From NCBI GenBank assembly GCA_902517455.1, contig CABYCN010000003.1, positions 5-64,004 on the forward strand: a stretch of DNA of 64,000 nucleotides. Reading direction: 5' to 3'. Source of the DNA: an uncultured Pelagibacteraceae bacterium (GTDB taxonomy: Bacteria > Pseudomonadota > Alphaproteobacteria > Pelagibacterales > Pelagibacteraceae). The notes beneath the pieces were generated by a model. The model did no database searches. It saw only the letters and a program-made list of their open reading frames with translations, and had not been told where the DNA came from. Shown here one piece after another: positions 10,721 to 19,452 of this stretch (the stretch's first letter is position 1; each line of letters begins with the position of its first letter). The position numbers and the translations under genes were made by a program.

Positions 10721-11788
10721 TTAAAAAGTTTTCTCCATTAGCCATAAATTATCTCCAGCTAAAAAATAAATTTTTCCATTATTAGGATGAACTTGTATAT
10801 CTCTTATTCTTCCAATTTTGTCTTTGAAAATAATCTCTTCTTTAATATTTGATTTATCATCAAATATTAATTTTCTTAATGATTTATCTTTGAGAGATGT
10901 AATTAGTGCGTGGCTATTCCATTCTTTAAATTCTTCACCTTTGTAAATAGTGATTGCACTAGTAGCGATAGAAGGCACCCAATATTGAATTGCTTTTGTA
11001 AAGCCTGGTTTCCATTTAGGTCCAATTTTAGTCCCAGTATAATTTTTTCCTCCCCAACCTAATATTTTCCAACCGTAGTTTTCTCCTTTTTTTACCTCTC
11101 CAAACCAGTCGCCTCCTTTTGCACCGTGGTTGCTCATATAAACTTTTCCATCAAAAGCAGATAAGGATAAACCTTGAGGGTTTCTAATTCCAATTTGATA
11201 AATTTCAGGGAGCCAATCAGAATTACCTTCAAATTTAGGATTATCAACAGGTATACTTCCGTCTAGGTGAATTCTTATAATACTTCCAGGATGATTAGTG
11301 GGGTCTTGTGCAATCATACCTTGTCCTCTTTCTCCAGCTGATGCAAAAAGGTAATTATCTTTAATTACTAGTCTTGAACCAAAATGATAACCTGAGTCTA
11401 TAGGTGGTTCTGCTTGAAAAATATTTTTAAATTCTAATTTAATTTTATCAAATTTTGCTTTTGCTATTGAAGTACTTGACTTCCAATTACCTCTATTTTC
11501 AGAATAGGAAATGTAAACAAACTTATCTTTAAAAAGAATATCTAACAGTCCCCCTTGACCATAATCCAAAAAATTTAAATTATGTTCTACTTCAGAAACT
11601 TTATTATTTTTTATATTAACAATTTTTATTTTTCCACTTTTTTCAGTAACAATCAATTCATTATCATTTAAGAATGATGATCCCCATGGTCCATCTAATT
11701 TTGCTAATTTCTGAAAATTATAATTTTGAGAAAAAGATTTTGAGTTAAAAAAAAAAAATAATAGTATTAGAAATAAAACTTTTTTCAC
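10721..11788 (-). CDS. PQQ-dependent sugar dehydrogenase (GSDH/YliI-like); likely GTG start 11788
   Basis: GQGGLLD, HFGSRL, GERG, GIRNPQG, GRIRD; signal peptide. Confidence 0.88.
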   Translation of the reverse strand: MKKVLFLILLFFFFNSKSFSQNYNFQKLAKLDGPWGSSFLNDNELIVTEKSGKIKIVNIKNNKVSEVEHNLNFLDYGQGGLLDILFKDKFVYISYSENRGNWKSSTSIAKAKFDKIKLEFKNIFQAEPPIDSGYHFGSRLVIKDNYLFASAGERGQGMIAQDPTNHPGSIIRIHLDGSIPVDNPKFEGNSDWLPEIYQIGIRNPQGLSLSAFDGKVYMSNHGAKGGDWFGEVKKGENYGWKILGWGGKNYTGTKIGPKWKPGFTKAIQYWVPSIATSAITIYKGEEFKEWNSHALITSLKDKSLRKLIFDDKSNIKEEIIFKDKIGRIRDIQVHPNNGKIYFLAGDNLWLMEKTF

Positions 11789-11789
11789 T

Positions 11790-12500
11790 TTAAGAAAGTT
11801 TTGATCTTCCGCCATCTACTGCAATTATTTGCCCTGTGACCCAAGAACTATCTTTAGTAATAAGAAACTTTGCTAGTGAGGCAGAATCTTTTCCCTCACC
11901 CAATCTTTTAAGTGGATGAGCTTTTGCTATACCATCAGCTAGAGCTTTATTTTTTAACATTGGTTCAGCAATTTTAGAGTGTGTCAGACTAGGAGCTATA
12001 CAATTAACTCTGATGTTTGGTGCAAACTCAGCTGCTAAAGAAACAGTTAAACCCTCAACCGCAGCTTTTGTAGAAGCTATTATTGCGTGATTAGTAAATC
12101 CTCTTTGAGCAGCGACTGTAGAAAATAAAACTACTGATCCTTTATTTTTTTTTAAACTTTCCTGGTATCCTTTTATTACTTCAACTGCAGAATAAAGATT
12201 TAGTTTCATGCATTTATTAAAATCTTGCTCTGTAACCATTCTTAAAGGTTTTAAATCGATTGAACCTACACAATAAGCAACTCCTATTGCTTCAGGGACA
12301 TCGCTTTTTACTTTATCAATAAATCCATCCTCTAAAACATCAGCCACTGTGGACGTACAACCGAGCTTGTTAGAAATATTTTTAAGTTCACCTTCATTTC
12401 TTGCAACTAAATGGACACTGTTTCCTGAACTTATTAATTGCTCTGCCAAACTAGATCCGATTGAACCTGTCGCACCAAAAACAATATATTTTTCTGACAT
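11790..12500 (-). CDS. Short-chain dehydrogenase/reductase (atypical)
   Basis: GATGSIG, IRVNCIAP, VTGQIIAVDGG; the YxxxK position reads IASTK. Confidence 0.88.
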   Translation of the reverse strand: MSEKYIVFGATGSIGSSLAEQLISSGNSVHLVARNEGELKNISNKLGCTSTVADVLEDGFIDKVKSDVPEAIGVAYCVGSIDLKPLRMVTEQDFNKCMKLNLYSAVEVIKGYQESLKKNKGSVVLFSTVAAQRGFTNHAIIASTKAAVEGLTVSLAAEFAPNIRVNCIAPSLTHSKIAEPMLKNKALADGIAKAHPLKRLGEGKDSASLAKFLITKDSSWVTGQIIAVDGGRSKLS

Positions 12501-12522
12501 AAAAAATTTTATTAGTTATATT
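12494..12522 (+). promoter_or_regulatory. Putative sigma70 promoter for a leaderless photolyase mRNA
   Basis: CTGACA(12494-12499)-N17-TATATT(12517-12522); ATG at 12528; no SD. Confidence 0.5.
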
Positions 12523-12527
12523 TAATT

Positions 12528-14018
12528 ATGAAGTTATTTTTTATACTTGGAAATCAATTATTTCCATCAAAATACCTCGACCGCTTCAAAAAAGACCATC
12601 TATTTTTCATGGCTGAAGATTACGAATTGTGTACTTATGAAAAACATCATAAACAAAAGATACTTCTTTTCTTATCTTCCATGCGTTCACACGCTGAAAG
12701 TCTAAAAAAAGATAGATTTAAATTAGAATATATTAAAATTGAAGATAAAGAATTCAAAGATGATTATTTAAAGAAATTAAAGAAAGCCATAATTGCAAAA
12801 AAAATAAAAGAAATTTCAAGCTTTGAGATTGAGGATAAATTTTTTGAAAAAAAAATAAATCAATTTATTAAAAAAGAAAAAATAAAGTGGAATATTATAC
12901 AAACTCCAATGTTTTTAAATTCAAGAGAAGAATTTAAACATTATTTATCTAAATCAAAAAAACCCTTTATGGCAACCTTTTATAAGGATGTAAGAAAAAA
13001 ATCAGGAATATTAATGGGTTCAGATGGAAACCCAATAGGAGGTAAATGGAGCTTTGATGAGGATAATAGAAATAAACTACCAAAAAATATTTCTATTCCA
13101 AAATTTCCAAAAATTAATGAAACAAACCACACAAAAAAATTAAAACCAATTATTGAAAAATTATTTAAGGATCATCCTGGTACAACAGACAATTTTTGGC
13201 ATGCAACAGAATATAATGATGTCATTAAGCTTTTAAATTTTTTCATAAAAGAAAAATCAAATTTATTTGGTGATTATGAGGACGCAGTTGATCAAAAAGA
13301 TAATATCTTATTTCATAGTGCTTTAAGTCCTTATATCAACTTAGGTCTAATAACGCCTGAGTTAATTTTAAAAAAAGTTCTTGACTTTCATAAAAGTAAA
13401 AAAATTAAATTAAATTCTTTAGAAGGTTACATACGTCAAGTAATTGGTTGGAGAGAATTTATGAGAGGAATTTACCAAAGTTACTCTAATGAAATGGAAA
13501 CTGGAAATTTTTTTAAGCAAAATAGAAAAATGAAAAAATCTTGGTATGATGGGACAACAGGACTACCACCACTCGATTATGCAATTAAAAATGCTCTTAA
13601 TAATGGATGGTCTCATCACATTGAAAGATTAATGATTTTATCTAATATCATGAATCTTTGTGAGATTAAACCAACTACTGTTTATAAATGGTTTATGGAA
13701 ATGTTTGTAGACTCCTCTGATTGGGTAATGGTACCTAATGTTTATGGTATGGGATTATTTAGTGATGGAGGAATATTTGCTACGAAACCATATATTTGTG
13801 GATCAAGTTATTTTATGAAAATGATGGATTTTAAAAAAGGAGATTGGTGCAACATAATGGATGGATTGTATTGGAGGTTTATTGATAGAAATAGAAAATT
13901 TTTTTTGAAAAACCCTAGGCTATCTATGATGGTTAGAATTTTTGATAAAATGAAAAGCGATAGAAAAAAATTAATTCTTCCTGCCGCAGAAAAATTTATT
14001 AAACAAAACACAATTTAG
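12528..14018 (+). CDS. PhrB/CryB-type bacterial (6-4) photolyase lacking the Fe-S cysteines
   Basis: ILGNQLF, HKQKI, GGKWSFDEDNR, FGDYEDA, EGYIRQVIGWREF, HHIERL, ATKPY. Confidence 0.9.
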   Translation: MKLFFILGNQLFPSKYLDRFKKDHLFFMAEDYELCTYEKHHKQKILLFLSSMRSHAESLKKDRFKLEYIKIEDKEFKDDYLKKLKKAIIAKKIKEISSFEIEDKFFEKKINQFIKKEKIKWNIIQTPMFLNSREEFKHYLSKSKKPFMATFYKDVRKKSGILMGSDGNPIGGKWSFDEDNRNKLPKNISIPKFPKINETNHTKKLKPIIEKLFKDHPGTTDNFWHATEYNDVIKLLNFFIKEKSNLFGDYEDAVDQKDNILFHSALSPYINLGLITPELILKKVLDFHKSKKIKLNSLEGYIRQVIGWREFMRGIYQSYSNEMETGNFFKQNRKMKKSWYDGTTGLPPLDYAIKNALNNGWSHHIERLMILSNIMNLCEIKPTTVYKWFMEMFVDSSDWVMVPNVYGMGLFSDGGIFATKPYICGSSYFMKMMDFKKGDWCNIMDGLYWRFIDRNRKFFLKNPRLSMMVRIFDKMKSDRKKLILPAAEKFIKQNTI

Positions 14019-14149
14019 TGAAAAAAGAAAATCTTCCTTTTAAAATCTGTATTGTTTGTAAAAGATCTTTTACTTGGCGAAGAAAATGGAAGTTAAATTG
14101 GGAAAGAGTTAAATATTGTTCTAAGAAATGTTCTAACAAAAAAATATGA
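14018..14149 (+). CDS. DUF2256 family small protein (43 aa, not in ORF track)
   Basis: GTG start overlapping the photolyase stop; MKKENLPFKICIVCKRSFTWRRKWKLNWERVKYCSKKCSNKKI; ATGA overlap with the next gene. Confidence 0.88.
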   Translation: MKKENLPFKICIVCKRSFTWRRKWKLNWERVKYCSKKCSNKKI

Positions 14150-14679
14150 ACTTAGAAAAATACAAATGGAAAAGTAGAGTCTTATTTGTTTCTACACCAA
14201 ATTATAAGGATAGAGTTTATCTAGAAGCGAAAAAGATATATCAAGATAAAATTAAAGATTTTCATAAAAGATATGTAAAATTAATTTGTAAAATTAATAA
14301 AAAGGAAAAATCTTCTATTAATCTAATTGGTTTTGATGGAAAATCTAAAAAGATGATGAATAAACTTAATTATAAAATGGTGTTTAAAATAATAGATAAA
14401 ATGCCACTAAGTAAAAAATTTAAACCAATAAATTTATCATTGTATTCAGACTACAATCCTAAAACTACTACTCAAGGCTTGGGATTTAAAAACAAGGGAA
14501 AAGCACTTTACACAATTAAAACTATTAAAAATCGTCCAATTAAGTATCAGGTTAATGTAATTGCAACCATGCTGGGTAGAGCAAAGAACCATCCTAACAA
14601 AACTGAGGACATGGAAAATGCTATAAAAATGTTTGGTGATTGGATGAAAAAATATAAAAGTAAAAAAAATGAAAATTAA
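14146..14679 (+). CDS. DUF4174 domain fused to an unassigned basic C-terminal domain
   Basis: LEKYKWKSRVL...LIGFDG...FKIIDKMP is the DUF4174 pattern; about 80 extra aa follow. Confidence 0.7.
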   Translation: MNLEKYKWKSRVLFVSTPNYKDRVYLEAKKIYQDKIKDFHKRYVKLICKINKKEKSSINLIGFDGKSKKMMNKLNYKMVFKIIDKMPLSKKFKPINLSLYSDYNPKTTTQGLGFKNKGKALYTIKTIKNRPIKYQVNVIATMLGRAKNHPNKTEDMENAIKMFGDWMKKYKSKKNEN

Positions 14680-16111
14680 AATAACTTATCATTTAAAAAA
14701 AATTGTAGTTGTTTTTTTTCTTTTAACTCCAAATAGTCTTAATGCTGATTTTTTTGAAGATATAACAAGCCTAATTGTTGATAATCCTAAAAGACTTAGT
14801 TATGGAGTTTCTGTAACGGATGTAAACCAAGATGGAAATTTTGACTTTGTAGTAACAGGTTTTGGTTATCTCAATTTAGCATTATCTTATGAAAATGGAA
14901 AATTAATTAATATTATAAATCAAAAAAAATTTACAGATGAGTTTAGAAGGACAATCGGTGTTGCTGCATGTGATATAGATAATGATGGATATGAGGAAAT
15001 ATACTTTCTCAACACCGACACATATAGTGGAACAAAAAAATACTCAGATAGACTTATAGATTTAGAAAAAGATATTTATATAGATTTATTTGAAATTGAA
15101 AAAAATCAGAGAGACCTTAATTTAACTGCTGGTAGGTCAGTTGTTTGTGTCGATAGAAAAGGAGATGGGAATTATGGTATTTATGTAGCCAATTATGGAG
15201 GTCCAACAAGGTTTTATGAATATACTAATGACACAATAGTCGATAAATCTATTCAGCTTAATCTTGCAAAGGTTACTGGTGGTCGAGCAGTTGTAGCTGG
15301 ACATATCATTTCTGATAAAATTGATGTTTTTGCAGCTAATGAGAGAGGAGCCAATTTTTTATATAAAAATAATGAGGGTAAATTTTTAGACGTTGCTAAC
15401 GAATACAGAGTTGAAGATTTTCTTCAAAATGGGAGAGGGACTGCTTTATCTGATATTTATTATAGAGGACGATTGGATATCTTAAATGGAAATTGGGGAG
15501 GATTTCACAGAGCTTATGTACTTAAAGAAAATAAATTTGAAGATATAGCTAAACCACCTTTTGATGAGCCATCAAGAATAAGAACTATCATTTCAGCTGA
15601 TTTAGATAATGACGGTTACGATGAAGTATTCATGAATAACATTGGTGAACCGAATAAACTTTTTAAAATATTAGAGAATGGTGTGATTGAGCAGATAGCA
15701 TTAGATGTTGGTTTAGAACCAGATGGATATGGAACTGGAGCAGCAGTTGCTGATATAGATAATGATGGAATATTAGAGTTGTTAGTTTCCCATGGAGAAA
15801 GTTTTGATCAGCCATTGTCTCTTTACAAGGCAAAAATAGCCTCTAATAGAAAATATTTAAGAGTAAAACCTTTAAATAAATATGGTGCACCTGCAAGAGG
15901 AGCAACAGTAACATTAATTTCAAATTTAAGAAAACATTCTAAAACAATTGACTCTGGGTCTGGTTATCTTTGCCAAATGGAGCCAGTGGCTCATTATGGA
16001 ATCAGAGAAAATGAAAAAAATATAAAAATCCAGGTTAAATGGACCAATGGTAACACTGATACAATTCTAGTTAATGAATTAAACAACACTATTACTTTAA
16101 AACAAAAATAA
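14669..16111 (+). CDS. CRTAC1-like FG-GAP repeat / ASPIC-UnbV secreted protein
   Basis: DVNQDGNFD, DIDNDGYEE, DLDNDGYDE, DIDNDGILE repeats; C-terminal SGSGYLCQMEPVAHYG. Confidence 0.9.
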   Translation: MKIKITYHLKKIVVVFFLLTPNSLNADFFEDITSLIVDNPKRLSYGVSVTDVNQDGNFDFVVTGFGYLNLALSYENGKLINIINQKKFTDEFRRTIGVAACDIDNDGYEEIYFLNTDTYSGTKKYSDRLIDLEKDIYIDLFEIEKNQRDLNLTAGRSVVCVDRKGDGNYGIYVANYGGPTRFYEYTNDTIVDKSIQLNLAKVTGGRAVVAGHIISDKIDVFAANERGANFLYKNNEGKFLDVANEYRVEDFLQNGRGTALSDIYYRGRLDILNGNWGGFHRAYVLKENKFEDIAKPPFDEPSRIRTIISADLDNDGYDEVFMNNIGEPNKLFKILENGVIEQIALDVGLEPDGYGTGAAVADIDNDGILELLVSHGESFDQPLSLYKAKIASNRKYLRVKPLNKYGAPARGATVTLISNLRKHSKTIDSGSGYLCQMEPVAHYGIRENEKNIKIQVKWTNGNTDTILVNELNNTITLKQK

Positions 16112-16585
16112 TTAATTTAAAGGTTGAAGAACTCTATTTATAAAATGGATGACACCATTTTGGGCTTCAATATCAGCTGTTACAACCTCAGCCTCATTTA
16201 TATAAACTATTCCATTAACTTTTTTGATTGTTATTTCCTCACCATTGATTGCCTCAAGTTTTATTTCACCATTTATTTCTGAAGAAGTTATTTTTTTTGA
16301 AAAAACGTGTCTTCCTAAGATGTTTGCTAATTTTTTCTTATTTTCTTCTCTTAATAGACCATAGTATGTTTGTGCACTTATTGCTGCAAATGCATCATCT
16401 AATGGTGCGAAAATTGTAAATGGTCCGGTACCCTCCAAATTTTTATTTAATCCTGACTTTGTAAGTGTTTCATTTAATTTTGTAAACTTGCCAGTCTCAT
16501 TGAGTTTATTGATCACATTTGCAAATGTAATTGATGGTATGGAAATAATTATTAGTAGAAAGATTATTGAGAAAATTTTTTTCAT
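16112..16585 (-). CDS. Secreted fasciclin (FAS1) domain protein
   Basis: GPFTIFAPLDDAF, ILGRHV, DIEAQNGVIHFINRVL; signal peptide. Confidence 0.92.
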   Translation of the reverse strand: MKKIFSIIFLLIIISIPSITFANVINKLNETGKFTKLNETLTKSGLNKNLEGTGPFTIFAPLDDAFAAISAQTYYGLLREENKKKLANILGRHVFSKKITSSEINGEIKLEAINGEEITIKKVNGIVYINEAEVVTADIEAQNGVIHFINRVLQPLN

Positions 16586-16740
16586 TCGACTTAAATATAT
16601 AAAAATTAATAATTTAAAAAGCTAATTTGGTGCGACAAATGTTAAAATAAAAAGCCTTAAAATATTAATATTTATTGCTAGAAAATTGTATCTATTAATT
16701 TAGACTTAACTAATAATTAAAAAAATCCTAATTTTAAATA

Positions 16741-17442
16741 ATGAAATTTTTAAAAAATATATGGAAATTAACAGTTGTTTTAATTTTGTTTTTTTCTTTT
16801 ATAAATGTTTCTAATTCGTCAGAGAGAAATTATTACAAGGACTTGATTAATGACTGGTCAAAAATATTTCCGGATAAAAATAGAAATGCGGCGGGGCCAA
16901 AATTCTTTAAATACATAATTGATAAAAATATTACGTACAAAGATTTTATTGAATACAACAAATTATATTGTGCTGTATCAGGTTCATTAATTGATCCTAA
17001 TAGTAAACCTGACTTTATATTTGTGAATGAAAGAGAAACTAAAAAGAAAATTTGTGGTAGTTATTATAAATGCTGTATTCCATGCTCGTGTGATATTATG
17101 AAGTATTCGGAGGTTCAGAAAATGAAATATAAGTTTAAAGATGGTGTGAAAAATTTTTTTGTTTTCACAATTAAAAATCCTTGTGGTAAAAAAGATTTTC
17201 CAGACAGAGTTAATAAAGGTTATTTTTGTGATGGAAAAAAAATTAATAAAAAACAAGTCTATGATTTAAATGGCAGAATTGTGATTGGTTTATTACACAA
17301 TGGTAAAAACTGTAAAAAAGATGAGATAGATTTTGTAAAAAGTCATAATATAACTGGTAGATTTTGTGAATTTAGAAATAATACTCCTATAGAAAATTTA
17401 GAAGCTGGCATGGGTGACATTTTTATAAAGCTTGCAAGATAA
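16741..17442 (+). CDS. Secreted cysteine-rich hypothetical protein
   Basis: Signal peptide; 10 Cys including CCIPCSC. Confidence 0.75.
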   Translation: MKFLKNIWKLTVVLILFFSFINVSNSSERNYYKDLINDWSKIFPDKNRNAAGPKFFKYIIDKNITYKDFIEYNKLYCAVSGSLIDPNSKPDFIFVNERETKKKICGSYYKCCIPCSCDIMKYSEVQKMKYKFKDGVKNFFVFTIKNPCGKKDFPDRVNKGYFCDGKKINKKQVYDLNGRIVIGLLHNGKNCKKDEIDFVKSHNITGRFCEFRNNTPIENLEAGMGDIFIKLAR

Positions 17443-17467
17443 AAGACTAAAATATAATTAGAATTTG

Positions 17468-18607
17468 TTAAAAAGTTGAAATTATTTTCGGAATATATTT
17501 CTTAAAATTAAAAAAACCTTTACTACAATATGGCCAAGAATACTGATCAAGTTTTCTATACAAAAAATTAATTTTTAGATTATTCAAATTTAGATAATCT
17601 AGATTTTCACCAATTGTGGGATATAATGCGACAAGCTCAACATTTGTATTTTTAATTTCACTTATATTTATTATCTCACAATTAATAGAGTTCTCTTCTA
17701 GTCTTTTTTTTTGATCTTCAATTAATTTAGATTTAAAATTCAATACTTTTTCACTTAGTTTTATTAATCTATTCTCATTTTTGTTTGATACCAACAGAAC
17801 TTTTTTAAATTCATTATGTTTAAAGTCAGTGACTTCAAAAGAAAGGTTATTTTCAAAAATTAATAGATTTTTATTTTCAATATCTTGATGATTATAAAAA
17901 TCTCGGCTTATAACTGAATATATTTTTTCAGAGACTTTTGGATTTGCGTTTTTGTTCAATTTGAAATTACTAAATCTATTATTAGTGAATTTTTTGATAT
18001 TCCATTCACTTGCCAAGTAGTGTTTTCCTTGTGTTTGAATTCCTGCAACCCATCTCCACCCAAGTGTATTTGATGCAGCATCTCCATCATATAGATGCCT
18101 CATAAAAAATTCTGCACCTAGTTGCCAAGGCAAATCCAAAGTAAAAACCCAAATACTTGCAAACCACATTCTTGCGTGATTATGTAAGTAATTAGTTTCT
18201 TTTAATTCATTGACCCATTCATTAAAACATTCGACACTTGTATTCCCCTCTATAGCATTCTTATAATTGTTGTCTTCTTTAAATTCTTCTCGAATTTTTT
18301 TTAGCTCATTTAAAAAATCTAACCAAACACTAGGTCTTAATTCCAACCATCCCTTCCAATATGTTCGCCATAAGACTTCTTGAATAAATTTTTCATTTTT
18401 AGAAAAAGAAAATTTACTTAGTGATTTTTCAATTACTTCTCTTTCATTTATAATACCATGAGTGATATAAGGTGATATGCAAGAAGTATTAGACCTATTA
18501 TCAGGTCCAAAATCGAAGTTTCTAAGTTTTGAGTAATCTGAAAGATTATTATCTATAAAATGATTCAATTTCTCTAAGGCCTTAGCCCTTGATGTTTCAA
18601 AATACAT
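17468..18607 (-). CDS. Photolyase with N-terminal FAD domain (domain-inverted NewPHL-like)
   Basis: SCISPYITHG, FIQEVLWRTYW, YLHNHARMWFAS, LYDGDAASNTLGWRWVAG all in the N-terminal half. Confidence 0.85.
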   Translation of the reverse strand: MYFETSRAKALEKLNHFIDNNLSDYSKLRNFDFGPDNRSNTSCISPYITHGIINEREVIEKSLSKFSFSKNEKFIQEVLWRTYWKGWLELRPSVWLDFLNELKKIREEFKEDNNYKNAIEGNTSVECFNEWVNELKETNYLHNHARMWFASIWVFTLDLPWQLGAEFFMRHLYDGDAASNTLGWRWVAGIQTQGKHYLASEWNIKKFTNNRFSNFKLNKNANPKVSEKIYSVISRDFYNHQDIENKNLLIFENNLSFEVTDFKHNEFKKVLLVSNKNENRLIKLSEKVLNFKSKLIEDQKKRLEENSINCEIINISEIKNTNVELVALYPTIGENLDYLNLNNLKINFLYRKLDQYSWPYCSKGFFNFKKYIPKIISTF

Positions 18608-18613
18608 TAAATT

Positions 18614-18994
18614 TTATTTAGATTTTTTTTTCTTAAGACCCAATTTATCACTATGTCTTAATCTTAAAACTACAATCGCTCCAGCAATCAGAAGGATTGC
18701 AACAGCTTCATAAACTAATGCGGTTGGATCCATTTCTTTTCCTTGAAGAATAATAAATCGTGCAAGTGCAGTGATGGCTATTAACAGTGGTAAAGTTATA
18801 CTTATTGATTGTTGATCCCAGAAAACTCTTACCATTGCTAATACTTCGAGATAAAGAAACATTAAAAGTAAATCAGCTAAGGTTACTGATTGGACTAAAA
18901 ACATTTTATTTATTTCAATTCCAACAGCTATGACTGTACTTATTAAAATTATTACCATAAGCACTAGCTGTAAATTTTTAGCAATCTTTTCCAT
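18614..18994 (-). CDS. PsiE family membrane protein
   Basis: LADLLLMFLYLEV...PLLIAITALARFII. Confidence 0.85.
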   Translation of the reverse strand: MEKIAKNLQLVLMVIILISTVIAVGIEINKMFLVQSVTLADLLLMFLYLEVLAMVRVFWDQQSISITLPLLIAITALARFIILQGKEMDPTALVYEAVAILLIAGAIVVLRLRHSDKLGLKKKKSK

Positions 18995-19452
18995 TATTTA
19001 CCTTTACTAAATGGCAACCATTTTTCAAATACTGATTTTGAAGACCCATCATAGGGAATGGAATAAGAATATGGGTTTGGACTGGTTAATACTTCAATAC
19101 CTTTTGAGAAAACAAATATAAATACAATAACAAAAACAATTACCATTATTTTAAATGGATCAAAATTTTTTGTTTTAAATACACTTGCAGAACTCTCTTC
19201 AGCTCTATGAAAATGTTTGAATGTCATATAGACAGCAAATATTAATCCCACATGGGCTACAAAAAGTCCTGCCCAACCGAATGCAAAAGTAGTGTACGAA
19301 AATACATATAGACTGAAAACAGTAGTCCAAATAAAACTTAAAACTAAAAGAATTTGTAGTCTGACTGTTTTAGGTAGAGCTCTCAAATCATTTTTACTAT
19401 CATCAAACAAAATGTTTGCCGCTTCTTTCATCCAATTTTTAAATGATTCCAT
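18994..19452 (-). CDS. Hypothetical 3-TM membrane protein
   Basis: Hydrophobic ORF coupled to psiE (TAATG overlap). Confidence 0.7.
   Translation of the reverse strand: MESFKNWMKEAANILFDDSKNDLRALPKTVRLQILLVLSFIWTTVFSLYVFSYTTFAFGWAGLFVAHVGLIFAVYMTFKHFHRAEESSASVFKTKNFDPFKIMVIVFVIVFIFVFSKGIEVLTSPNPYSYSIPYDGSSKSVFEKWLPFSKGK

Noticed and set aside
10721-19452. Photolyase block as a mobile element or prophage
   Set aside because: No integrase, transposase, tRNA target, flanking repeats or evident composition shift.
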